Shown here: positions 42,801 through 56,322 of the stretch, one piece after another
How the letters are laid out: every line of letters begins with the position of its first letter
Numbering within the stretch: position 1 is the first letter of the stretch
Origin: Trichoplax adhaerens
Taxonomy: Eukaryota; Animalia; Placozoa
NCBI RefSeq assembly: GCF_000150275.1
Contig: NW_002060954.1
Location: 434,001-498,000, forward strand
Reading direction: 5' to 3'
Length of the DNA: 64,000 nucleotides
The notes under the pieces: model-generated
The model's database searches: none
Told to the model about the DNA's origin: nothing
What the model saw: only the letters and a program-made list of their open reading frames with translations
Program-made: the position numbers and the translations under genes

Positions 42801-45800
42801 GTAGAATATAATTAAAAGGATACACTATCCTATCTATTTGAATCTACATGCATTTCAAAGATTTTGTTTGGTCATTGCGAAATGTTAATCGTAATTGAAC
42901 ATATCTTTGACGTGAAACATCGTACCAATTAATCTTACTATAGGTAGAACTCTGAGATGTCATACTATTTTAATTACAATTACCTTTATTATTTATTATA
43001 TAATTTTTGTTTCGTTTGTTACCTGTATTTTAATTATAGGCAATTTGCGCTTTAATTCGAAGAATAACTTGGAATTTTTGGGCCATTTCATTTGTATAGG
43101 CAGAGGATAGTCGTCGAAGTTAAGTTCTACTGCTGGAACTATTCAATAAAGTAAATAAAAGGCTCAAGCTAAATCTGTAAAGAAATAATATGTACGCAGT
43201 TCTATTTCTATGTTCAATAAGTATACGGAGTCGAATATATGATTACTGAACTAATAAAACCATAGAAAGAGGTTGCATGTATACGGTGCTACTAATTGTT
43301 ATATATATTGAAACATACACTCTTGTTATGACCGTGTCCAACTGAAATATGATCGCTAGTACAATTCTACGTACTAATTGCATTATTGATTTATAATTAA
43401 CACAGTGATTTTGTTCTAGATTAAAACTTGTAAACTCTGTACTACAAAATTTTATATGGTATTAGTCAACCTTTCGGGCGCCTATAAATAAGAACGTCAA
43501 GTGGCCATGAATTTCAACAGAAAATATTAGTACTGATCACTTACTGCATTAATAATTAGCAACATGTTTAAATCAAGCTTATTACAGAAAAAATTATTAC
43601 TCCTTTTTAAAAAGTTATCATACGTATACCAGAGAGCCTCTTGTTACTACTTTTATTATGTAAGAGTATATATTCAGTAAGGCTGGTTAGGCTTCATTTG
43701 TGACTACTAGTAGATAGATATCTTTTAATTCTAGTTACTAGTTAAACTACTTACCTGTTTGATCGAGTGATTCTTGCGAAATATAGTAGGTTTTCGGATC
43801 AGTGTGAACTTCATATTTTTCCAGTAAGTTTTCAATAACTTGCAAGCAATTAATCTGTGGTGCTACTTTAAAACCTTTGTAGGAAGGTCCAGGGACAGAT
43901 TGACCACGATGCAAAATACTCGCATCAATCCTAAGTAGGCCATTATCTTCTTCTTGGCTTTGACTACGTACTTTCTTTTTGTCATCATTAGAGCTTTTTG
44001 TACCAGGTTTAAATATCTTACTGATTCTAGTAGTGATCTTCTTTCTGTCACAATCCAAAGTTTGAAGTTACAGTTCTTATTCGTAACGTTTCGAAACATG
44101 TAACTATTATTATTTCTATCAAAGTGTGCATGTGTGACGTATATTATAGGGTACAAATTATAGAGATATGAACGGAATTTGCAGATATGTTTAGTATACA
44201 GAACTATTTTTAATATAAACTAGCTACACCACACGTTCTACCAACGAATTATTCATCCCCTTAAAATCTACAGTGCTGTGCATTTAATACAGTCTAAATC
44301 TACTATTGCAATATTCATATTATATTTAGGCATTACTGAGTGAAATGAGAGTATACATAACATAATGTCTTTAGTAATACTGTATTATCATAATATAGAA
44401 TCATTACAAATATTGAAGGGCTTAGTGATAGAAGAAAATGTAGAGGGAGTGAAATTGCAGCTCAGCTGTTAGAATAGAAGAATTTGAATTGATAATGTAT
44501 AGTAAATAACGTATGATGAAGTACCAAATAAACTGTGATCAATGTTAAATATTGTTTCACGTTTAACAGCAAAATACTGATACTATGAAGATGCTGTGTA
44601 CTCAATTTAAGCAAGAAAATGATATAAATCTATTACTGACTTTTTATTCTTAGCTGATTTATCTTGTTTTTCTCCAAAATTTTGTTGCATGTATAGTGGC
44701 AGATTTGCTCCAGAGCGGATTGGAGGAGACGAAGGTACACCGTGTGACGGAAGATCACTATCATTACCTGTTGAAAACGTCGAACTGTTTAATGTTGCTG
44801 AGTTGTCAGAAATTGTAGTAGTATTAACAATTTCTTGAACAGGTTGCGAACCAAATAAATTATTTTGATTTTCGATATTTTGTTGACTAGGGACAACTTT
44901 GGGCTCGAATTCACTTTGTGTTGGAATAGAATTGTATGGTTGGATACCGCCACTTGTGGGGACTTGACCGATTTCAGCATAAGGTGAAGACCCTCCGTTT
45001 TGGTGTTTTAGATCATCATTGCTTTCTAAAAATGGTGTTTGATTATTTTCGGCAGTGGTAACCGTTCCGTTTGAATAATTTAAGATATTTTTATTATTGA
45101 AATCGATGTCAACATCGACACCATGACACCATGGAGGAGATTTCATAACTTCCAAGATTGCCAGGGCAAGTACTTTATCGGAACCATTAGAATTTTTTGC
45201 AATTTCTACGACAGCGAATAAGCAATTAAGTGCATATGATAAAAATGTAACGGAATAACAAGCATGTTTGTTGTGAATTTAACAAAAAGTGTTGCATACC
45301 TTTTAATGAGTTATGTAATTCTGAATTCTCCCGATCAGGTTTGTTATTCATAAAATAAATTTCAGTAGCTAGGACTTCTCTACGTTCTTCCAGATTTAGC
45401 TCAGGATGCTCTGTTAATACCAGCAAAGAATTTATTCAATGTACATAACTATTATATGAAAATTAATAGGCGAGGCACACTAATCATTCGATCATTATAA
45501 TAAGTATTGACCACCTTTATAGTATCTAATGTAAAAAATCTTACCAAATAATTTAGAACCTAAATTTTGGATATCTTTACCATTTATTGCATTATCTAAT
45601 AAAAAGAATAGCGAATTATGTTTAAAATTCATATTTACAATTTTTAATATCAACTGTGATACGATAACATTATTGTAATCACTTTGTCTCACCGATCATA
45701 CATTCTACAATTTTGAATTGATTATAATTGATTTCCGTAGCATATTAGTGAAATATAATGTAGAATATCTTCGAATGTGATGGCTACGTATTTATAAATC

Positions 45801-48800
45801 ATCTTGCTTCAAGTAGATACATAATGCTAAAGTAACAGCAACGAAAACTTGAAACATACCCATATACATAGTACTAGTTCATCTGAATAATTAATAGGTG
45901 ACTCTTTACCATTAAATCACTTTCTTATGTTAAATATATATTACTATTTATAAGACGACACGCCTCCAAACTATTTTTAGGTTAGCAATTAAAGGATTAA
46001 ATTGCAACTGTAATCAATTAGTATATTATAAATATTTAAAACTATTATTTAAAGAAATTTTTATATACTGTATGTTACATGCAACCATTTACGAAAACGA
46101 TAATAATCTTTTATTATCCAGTACTTCTTTTTATCGATTTTTTTAGCAATATTACCTTCACAAATAGCAGCTATTTCTGGCAATCCAATAGAATTTAACC
46201 ACAAAGAAACATCGTCTGAGTTCATTGATTTGATAGGAATACTAATTTTTCGGTTCATGGATGTATGCAACTATTATGAGCGAACACACTTTATTATATA
46301 TAATCCATTGGACATTTTGATAATATACCTAGCATGACGTTTTTATGTACATTGCGGTGATTTTCTATATTACCTTATCATCTACTTCAGTTGATTCAAG
46401 ATTCAAATCCTTATCGTGATCTTCTGTTATTTGACATATACATAAAAAGAAACAATTATAAATGCAGGCCCATACCATTTATTGATTTACTTAGTAACAA
46501 TTTTAATTATTATGATTGGATTTGTGAGAAACTCAAGATACCGTAAATTAAATTACTCTTTTGACTATTTTAATTCATTGCTGTAATGCGTCATACTATT
46601 CAGTGCACATAAACAAAAAAATTACATTACCATTTTGTATGGATTCTATTTCTTCTTGATAATGGTCATATATACTACCAATAGTAGGTATTTTATGATC
46701 TTGTTGCTCCGATATTGGATTTCTAATTTGACAGTTACTGGCTTCATTGGTAGATAATTGTAATGGATGTTCTTTAATAACTGAATTTTCCAACGGCAAT
46801 TCAGAATTGAAATTTTTTAGCTTGGGCGTAGCTTCGTTAAGTTGGGAATCCTGTTTATTTATTCCATCATCTAACGACTGATTGAAATAATTAGCAAACG
46901 GTTCGTTAGATTGCTGGTATAATAGGTCATTATCTGATCGATCCAATTCCGAGGTAGATATATCAGATGAATGTTGTTGGTACGGCGAAATACTTTGGGA
47001 TATGATGCCATCAAGAGGAATTACTCCACGAGTTGCTTCTGACGAATAACGTGAAAATTTATTAGTTGAATCTATTTCTAAAGAAGGTAGCGTTTTATCT
47101 AATTCGTTTTGGGAAGCTAATTCTGATAGATCTATAGCAAGATCCGGTGGGCTTTGCTGATCATTGTTAATGGTTTTTTTCTCTATAAAGTCATTTACTA
47201 AGTGGGATTTAGGTTCAATAGTTTGAATATCATGATTAGGTTCTGTTGAGCTATCACGATTTGATTGTGACATAGATTTAATATATCGATTCGGCTTAGG
47301 TGGGATCTTGATCAGCGGATCAATGGTTTCATCCGGGACCGGACTGAGTGTTTGATTACTTTCAACATTAGTTTCTTTTGACAGCTCGTTCACAGTAGGG
47401 GACTCAGATTTAGCAGATACTTTATCCCGCACGGGGATGTCTTCCGATGTATTGGTATTAAATGGATCATGAGAAAGTTGATGAGGTGACCGTGGAGATG
47501 ATAGCGGAACATAATAATATTTGTCATCAATCAGCAATAACTGTCCCGCAACTGTAGCATTAGGATGGCGCAGAGCATCGTCGTCGGGCTCTAGAGAAGA
47601 AATAACTTCGTATGATGGATTTTTAACAGCAATATTTCGCGATACACATGTATAATCGTTAGAAACAGGGTCTGGCGCTACTTCACCATTATCTGTTGTT
47701 GTTGTTGCTGATCGTGCATCTTTCTTAGAACTGGAAAAGGATTGATTTTGCTTTTGGGTATTGGATGATAACCTCGCCATTCTTTTTTGATGTCTTTTAT
47801 CTTTAGCGTCATCAACTTTATTAAAGAATAGGCCAAACCTTCTCGCTGCTATAGCTGCTGCTTCCGCTCCGGCTGATGCAGCGACTGTTGCTAAGTCTTT
47901 GCGATTCTCATTGTTAAAACGTAGTATAACATTCTCTAAATGAATAGTGCTCTCCTGAGATACATCGTCTCCTTTAACTTTTTTAGGGATCGTTGGAAAT
48001 GTCTTTTTGGCTCGGCGGCTGCTTTCATCCTTACCTTTAGTATTATTATTGTCATCTACTTTGAAATTACTTTTCTTCTGAGAACTTGGCAATTCACTCT
48101 CTGGAAGAGAAGGTTTCTTTATTACGGATAAGCCTTTGTTATCCTTTACAGGAATAAAATGAAATGATTAAGATCAATTGTGAAACACAGTTATATCATG
48201 CAGGAGTTTGGGTTAATAATATTTAAACGTACTGATATCAGAATACATACCGAATCTAAAGTCTTGTTGTATTCAGAGTTTGGTTTAGTAGCTTGATTGG
48301 ATGTATTTTCATTTGATGTCGGAGACTGGTTAGGTGCAGATTTATCAGATTGTTCGCTAGCAGTCCTCTTAACAGATAAATCTGTTGGAACAGATTTCAT
48401 ATCGGCCTGAGGTGCCTTACTAGGTGGTGGAGTTTCTGGTAACGGAGGGGCTATCTCTGTTTGAGGACTGATTGCTATCGGTTTTCGTTCCTTTTTAGTT
48501 AAATCACTAATAGAGCTCATTTCTGAAGCTTTACTAGCAGGCTTAGGATAGACAAGCGATACCTGAAACAGAAATTGAACTGTAACGTAACAATATTAAG
48601 AAATATTGGTAAAACGGCCGTATCAGTTGATCTACCCGTAAACCCATTCATCCTATGGAGGAACGGTAACAATTTATAGTATTTAGCAAAATTACCTCTT
48701 CTTTCGATTTTTCGACAGGTTTAGGCTTATTTTTTATTAATTCACTTCTTAGTTTCATAATTTTATCCATAATTTTATCTCTTAACATCGCATATCTTAC

Positions 48801-51265
48801 TCCAATTTGTTCTATATAAACAGATGTTCAGGATTGTTTAATTCTGTTAACTAAGCGTTGCTAACGTAGACTAGCATCTATTTATGCGTACTAATTCGGT
48901 AGAAGCTATCCTTTAGTTATTATACTTTGAATTTCAATAATTATAACTAACTATTCGTGATTGTAATCTTGATTTCTTCTAAGTCAAAATCGCGAATTCT
49001 TAATATTAAGAAATGTTTAAAGTTACGAATTACCCAATTTTTCCTTTGTCATTTTCTCAAGCTCCTTTCCATCGATTTTGTTAGCTATATAATATAAAAA
49101 GTACATCAAATTGTTATTGGTTGATCATTTATAAATGAAATTATTAGAAAGCAAGACTTATCATCTTTGAGCTACTTTAGTATGGGAATATGTTTCGTAA
49201 GACCTTCAAATGCGTACATAAAGTCGTTTTGACAATTTCATAGCCAACACAAAAATTTTTAAAAATTTGTTGGAACAATCAGAATTATCATCAGAATATT
49301 ATATAATACACCTATAAAATCTTTAGGTAGCAACAAAATAATAGAATATTTCTATTGTAATAAATAGAATATTTCGTGCTTCATAAAGACTCTCATCGTA
49401 ACTCCTCTCTTAGAAATATCTGATGCAGATATATGCTCGTATGAGGAGAATTTCAGTAGAAAATACGAAGTCATCTTGGTTCGTTATATATTGAGTCTTC
49501 ACTCTTTATAAAGTTTATATCTATGTTTGCTCTTGTGTATGCTGTATATCTATATTTGTTCACGTCTACAGTTAGTGAAGGCGCTATGCAATGCAATTGT
49601 TGTGATAATTTTCCAATTCTACAATAAACTACCTAATTTTTATGAGTATACATACGGACTGACGATGCAACGATAAAATGAAAATGTTTTGCGCTAAGCT
49701 GAAGACATTTGAGAAAATTTATTAAGATAATTTTAAGGTCAAATACTTTCATAGAAGACATAATAGTGGTAATACCAATTAAAATATGTTAAATTAAAAC
49801 TGACGATATGATAATACGTATCGATATAAATATATATACAGTACATGTTTCGCAATTAACAGGGTATCGTACTCACTCGTAAATCGTCGTTTCATAGCAT
49901 CTAAACCCACACTTGTTAACCAGTTTCCTACATCAGAAGGTGTCCATTGAATAAGAGGTTTATCTATATTTAGTTTGGGACACTCTTGAGAAGAATCGCT
50001 AAATGGACTAACAGCCGAACGAAAAGGAGAGTAACTACTAGATTGGCTACCAGAACTTAAAGGACTTCCAATATTACTGCGAACCGAAGCAGTATTTACA
50101 GTAGTATTAGCCTTTATTAGGTCTTGCTTTTCATTAGCAACATTTGCATCGATTTGTTCTGCTTTCTCAACCAATTGAGATGGTATAAGTGGGGGAGGGG
50201 AGGACGGTAATTTAGGTGGTACCATTGGATCATCAACTGAGTCTACAGTTTGATGCGACGGTAGCAACGATGGTACAAGTGATTCTAAGTCCGGCGTCGG
50301 TTTTGACGATACATTATCACCTTCATTGTGAACTGAAGAGAAATTAGCATCCTCATTAGGATCAGCCTTGAATGACGGCTGATAATTGTTTTCCTCTATT
50401 TCAGTAGTTCCTTTGGAATGATGAGTGTCTGTGTTATGTTGTTGATGTATTTCTTCTTGCGGATCTTTCTTATCAAAATGTTGAATATTATTATCTTGCG
50501 TTGTTGTCAAAGACTCCAAAGACGGCGATATAGATACTACTCCTTCGTGCTGCTGCAATTGATATTGATTTTTATTGTTTTCATCACCATTCATGATTAT
50601 ACTTTCATCAGCATTAATTTCATATGGTTGCTGTGAAGGCGAGTTCTCGAGATATATCTCGCTCGCTATCGGAGCTGCTGATTTATCTAAGTCCACGTTC
50701 TCACGATATTGTGCTCGTCTTTGAGACAGTCTCTCTAGTGAACTACCAGAATGAGATCGCGCATGATTTGCTAAATTTTTGTGATTATCATCATCATTAA
50801 AATGATGCTTTTGAGTTGATAATGTGAACGGTTTATAACGTCGTCGTAATTGCTTATTATCAGTACCAAGGTCGGATTGTGTTCGTAAGCGTAACAGATT
50901 ACTAGAATTATTATTTCGTGTATTATCAGCTGAATTTCCTAGAGTCGGATTATCATGATTTGGTAGAGCTCGTAAATGACTGTAATTTCGAGCTAATGAT
51001 AGATCAGTTAATGGTGACGTTCGTAACTTATCTGCGAAAGTAGGCAATTGATTATTAGGGCGAAAATCATTCTTGGATTTATCTTCCTGATATTCATGAC
51101 TTTCTTGGTCTGTCTTTAATCGATGAGATAATCTTAATGAATGCCGACCTATGCTTGATAGTCTAGGTAGATTGCCTGAGACGTTATCGTTGTCGTTGTC
51201 ATGAAGACCGTCACGATCATTCGTAACTTGATAGCCCTTTTTGCTTTGAAACGCCGGGGATGTTT
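39841..51265 (-). CDS. Large uncharacterised adaptor: 2x SAM, 2x Ras-association (RA), coiled coil, C-terminal FIP-RBD-like domain (5' end not located)
   Basis: SAM1 is WTPSDVGNWLTSVGL|NKIDGKELEKMTKEKL|EQIGV..LRDKIMDKI. SAM2 is MNSDDVSLWLNSIGL|NAINGKDIQNL. RA1 is LRIDAS..SYKGFKVAPQINCLQVIENLLEKY..DPKTYYI|LNFDDYPLPIQMKW..FELKRK. RA2 is TYEVSTSTTAKEI..DWCLVE|NRIFDEEEC. The last exon, 39984-39841, reads NELIKDLQRKEREKEFLQVYVNNILSVICEEAPQLLE. Confidence 0.7.
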
Positions 51266-54108
51266 CTAAATCGACATGGTAACATTTCGGAAAATATCAG
51301 TAAAATAATTGTCTTTGCAAGTAAATAAAACGTTATGGTAGAAAGAAGAACAGCTAGCTCAGCTAAAATCATCCTTGTTTATGGGTTATGATGTCACAAA
51401 TTCTTTATGAGATAATTTGGATATACCGTTATACTGTATCTAAATTGTACAGTAAATTCGAGTGAAACTGTTTAGCTGAATCTGAGAACAAACTGGTTTT
51501 AAATGTCATACTGCTTTAGCTGAGTTGCTTGAGCACCACAAAGAAAAACGATGCATGGATGATTAATGTGTTCACGTCAATTCGAGAATTCCATATAACG
51601 AAAAGATTCGATTCATAGTTGTTACATAACTATCAGTAATTTCGTAAAATGCTTACAAAAATTAAAAAGTTGATTTCAGTTGGCCAAATTAACAGTTATA
51701 AATAAGTAATAGCCTCACTGTGGTCCATAATTAATTAATAATAATTAATCGAAATACGTATATTACAGCCCTAAAATACTACAGTACATGCTCTTGATTA
51801 AGAGTATTACTTTTGTCACCTGTTGCATTGCAGCATTTAGTTAATTCGTATATCTTTCTACGATAGATCAATTTTCGTTAAAACAAAACATTGCACTAAA
51901 AATTTGGACTCAATTTAGGACGATTTATTTTTCAAAGATTACATTAATGCCTTTTTATCAATCACGTTAATTATCAGCAGGCTGTTGGCCTGGAAACAAT
52001 CGTTTTTTCAATCTAAACTTCATTTCTTGTACATGTTTATATATTTCACTTAATTTTATTGTGTTTATGGTAAAGTCTATAACTTTTTCTGTGTGTGTCT
52101 GATTGTATAACTTGCAATTAATAAATACCAATATGACTAGTCTTACTATAGGCATGAAAATGAAACGTTTGAGGTATCTTCTAAACACTGGCAGAAATAT
52201 CTCCGTTATTACTAAACATGATTTAAAATGTAATAAATGAAGATCTAAATTATTTAATATTAGGTAAGAAAAATCATATCATTGAGCATTCTCTGGGTAA
52301 TCAATTACTATTTTATTTGCTCTCTCTCATCTCACCTACACGCAAGTATTCACTCTTGACTATATATTTGTAGTGAAGGATTGCAATGTAGCCCATGATG
52401 CATATTTTATAACTGAAATCTTTAAATGCTATAAATATTTTAAAGTTAACTTGTTTTGATACAATCTAATTTAGTTTAATGTAATCAATAAAATAATAAT
52501 TGAAGTCGATGCATATCTTTTAAGTATGTATGAATACTTCTCATAAATACCACGCTGAAAATGTCCTTGGTCTTATTATCTTTCATAAAAAGAGATTATA
52601 CACGGTAAGGAAGTTAGTTAAGGACTCCTTAATTCTAACTTGACACTTTGTTTATAATTATTGCATGGAGTATTTTATTCACTTATTTATTTTACACTAA
52701 AGCTCGTTTTGATTTATATGTGAAAGTAGAATAATTAATTTCAATTCTTAGTAGGATATTACAGTACCACAAATAAAAATATCGATATGTTCATCACTTT
52801 CATAAAATAAAATAACAAAAACCCAGTTAAATTTCCATTGTGTACAATATCTGCTTATTGATGTCGAAAATTTATTCACCGCTTGATATACTGAACTCCT
52901 TATGTTATACTCTGGTAAGTATACAGTATTATCGTTGTTTCAGAAAATTTTAATTTTTATTCGATCATTGTATTGTAATAAAACGGCTACTAATTAGCTA
53001 ATTATCTTAATTGCAATCAAGTGAATTAAATTTTATAATCTTTTTATTGATATTAAATGTATACTGGTACTTCATGATAAATTAATACTAAATTAGAAGA
53101 CCTATTATACACATATATATATGATTACTAATTTCATTAAATTAATAATACTTCAGGTTTTATCTAGAAATCTAAAAAAATCATTAAATTATTCATAAAT
53201 AGAGAACGTTTTATTATTGTGCCTTTGAAAAAATATATGTACCTAGTATAATAACATGTCTTTCTACTTATAGACTGTAGACGAGAGAGATAGCTGTTCA
53301 GAGAAGAGAGCTTTATTACCCTAAGTTAGTCGGGCACAAGATAGAGAGAGATATGCTGCTGCACAGAGAAAGGATTCTAAGTCTAATACGCTAACACACA
53401 TATACATATATGTAATAGATTGTGACCTAGTACGCTTCTAGTTGTATTACGTTATTGTTACGATTCTGCACGCATTATCATCATGATCTGCTGTATACTA
53501 GTGTACATGATTAGTAGATAAATGGGCAATGATATTACACCTAGTAGCTTGCATCAATTTTGTGAAGTATTTATCTACCAGTAGTAAATATAAAGAGGGA
53601 AAGTGACTTACGTATGAGTAATGTAGTATGATGTATACAAAATATATTTGTATGCTGTATAAACTTAGTAGTTGTTTTGAACGAGGCTATCGTTGATTAG
53701 TAGCCTTCAGGGTATATGCGTACAAGTGAATATTATAACCAATGATAGAGTTCTTAATCACTGTAGAGAACGTATTTACATGAACGTTGCTAAAAATATT
53801 ATTTTACTGCATTTGTACGGTATTATATTACAGAGGCTCAAAATTTGACTCGGCCGGATATGCGATGATCAGAATTTAGAACTTAAAAAGTCTTAACTCT
53901 TGTCAGTTACGTTCGATAGGGTCCATTTATGGATCTGATTTCATGCAAAACACGTAAAAAATTTTTAAGACCGGACTCTGTTGAAATAACAACGGACCGT
54001 AAACTGCTACCGGACATTTCGGTCTGGCATCGATTTTCCGGCGACGACTGACTATCCGGACTCATCAGCTACACTTCTCTACAGTATAAAAATTTTGGTA
54101 TAATAATT

Positions 54109-54235
54109 ACAGTACCGTAAGTCTTGTACTGTACAGTGTACAGTACTGTACAGTATTACAGTACTACAGTCTTAAAGACTCTATTCATAGTACAGTACTG
54201 TACAGTACTGTACAGTATACCGTACTGTACTGTAC
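54109..54235. repeat. TACTG/CAGTA tract between the divergent SAM-RA gene and IFT22
   Basis: gtactgtacagtgtacagtactgtacagta... repeated. Confidence 0.85.
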
Positions 54236-54253
54236 GTTGGTGAAACTCTAGAG

Positions 54254-54272
54254 CATGGACTACTAAAAGAAA
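54254..54272 (+). mobile_element. Solo terminal repeat of the CATGGACTA family
   Basis: CATGGACTACTAAAAGAAA is identical over 19 nt to the reverse complement of 63637-63655. No convincing partner end or TSD was found. Confidence 0.55.
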
Positions 54273-54854
54273 ACCTTATTACACATGCACACGCCTCTGT
54301 TACCAAGGTAACTTATGATCAATAGACTTATCAATCTGAATCTACAAGCTATTTGGTTCCAGTACACAGAAAAGACTATTATAATTACTTCTTACTAATG
54401 GATTATTAGCTAGCGTTCTAGCTTCAGATAATGCTTAAATACTGGTGAACACATTGTTAGTTATCAGTACTATGGCAACCGCAATCTGCCTTTCCATTAA
54501 CCCTTAAGTTACTATAACTGTATGAGGACATAGTGAAATGCGATACGAACTGTATGGCATAGGTAGACCGTAGATGTTATTATGTCAAGTTTCTCGTATT
54601 AGGATGAGAGAGTACAATTACTGTAACAGCTGCAATAATGTAATGTAGACTATGAAGCTACTGTGTTAGCGTTTGCACTTTAAGCAGCCCACAAACCATC
54701 GACAATTATAATCGTTCATATAGAAAGGTACAACTATTGCAAGTAACGACACATCACGCAAAATCATAGATATACAATTCAAAAAATTCTAGTAATACTT
54801 TATAATCTGTCACCTTCTCGACTAAACATTGCCACAATTCAACATTACTTGATT

Positions 54855-56322
54855 ATGTTCAAAACCAAAATATTGATGGTTGGACCGTGCGATGTAAGTA
54901 CTAGTACTGTACTTGTACTGATTGTAAAAACAGTAACGAGTAATGAATTTAGATCATACTATGCCATCGTTTCCTTTACGTAAATATCGTATACGTTATA
55001 AAGAAATATTTAAATGACTTGGTTATGGGTTTTAGTTTATAATTCCTTCCCTTTCTTCCCTATAAACTCAACATATGAATTGTTATGTATTTTAGAATCA
55101 CGTTAGGCTCATAATATTACGAGATATACAATCCCATTGATAATTGTTTTTAATCAGGGACTACAGATATACGAGTAATTTAATATAATATATTCAAACG
55201 GTTTGCGACATATAGAGTGGGAAATCGGTCATAGCTAATTCCTTAGCCGAAGCAACAGATCTAACTGGGGGAAACTATCGACCAACGAAAGGCGTAAGGT
55301 CAGTTTGGAAACTACAGTATATTCAACGTCTTGAATGATCGCAAATCATGTAATCTGAGCAATACCTTAATATACGTCATGAAGTACTGACTTATAAAAA
55401 GTTTCTAGATATAATGCGTTTATCACGGTTAGTTATCTATAAGTTTAAAGTAATTTATATATATAGTATACTAAAATGATGAGAATAATCATAAAACATA
55501 AGTAAATGTTCGTGCAGGATATTGGAGTTTGAATGTAATGGCTTAAGAAATAGCTCAAATCGTACCCTTAAAGCTGATGTAGAGTTATGGGATTGTAGCG
55601 GAAATAGCGAGTGAGTCACTATTATTAGTGGTAATAATTCTACGAATATTATGATATTAGCGTGGACAGTTTATTCTGAAAGGTATACATCAACTATTTT
55701 ACTGGTAGTTATGAAAGTTGTTGGCCGGCTATGTGGAAAGATACTCATGGAGTGATTATTGTGTATAATCCCGATAATCTGGATCATAATGGAGAAATCA
55801 GTAAATGGTAACTATATAGGAAATGATAGTAACATCAGACATAGTGTTCCTACTATTTTTTAGTAGACCAATATCATAATTTATATTAGTTCGATACAAA
55901 TGAATCTTTATCCATCTTTGTATTTATCGCTAAGCATGTACAGGCACATAATTGCCATTAAGCGACTGCAGTTTTTATCATCTTGGGTTACTTTTTATCA
56001 GGTATACTCATTTCATTTCTCAGCAAGGCCTTCGCGACAGTCAGTGTATGCTATTCGCTCATCTTAAACCTGATGGGTCTAAACAAGTCGTAGATTTGAG
56101 TAAGTTATGGATTGTTTAATTTAGAAAACTCTTGTATCTGATTTATTACATAATTATTTAACATATATAGCTGGATCTCTGTCAAGATTGAAATGTGTGC
56201 ACACATCGATGGAAGATCGACCGGAGGTAATAAGACAAGAATTTAGGACCTTTTTGACTCATGTCTGGGAGGCATGGGCTGCCAAAAGGGATCAAGAAGA
56301 ACTTAGTATAGTGAATAATTAA
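54855..56322 (+). CDS. IFT22: Intraflagellar transport protein 22 (Rab-like 5)
   Basis: MFKTKILMVGPCD|SGKSVIANSLAE..YRPTKGVR|ILEFE..VELWDCSG..YESCWPAM..HGVIIVYNPD, ending KRDQEELSIVNN*. Absent from the ORF track because its exons are short. Confidence 0.92.

Noticed and set aside
42815-42823. U12-type donor GTATCCTTT on the minus strand
   Set aside because: The flanking exons join in phase through ordinary sites (CAG|GTAACA at ~43023 to tag|ATG at 42695). No TCCTTAAC branch site is visible, and using this donor gives a stop.
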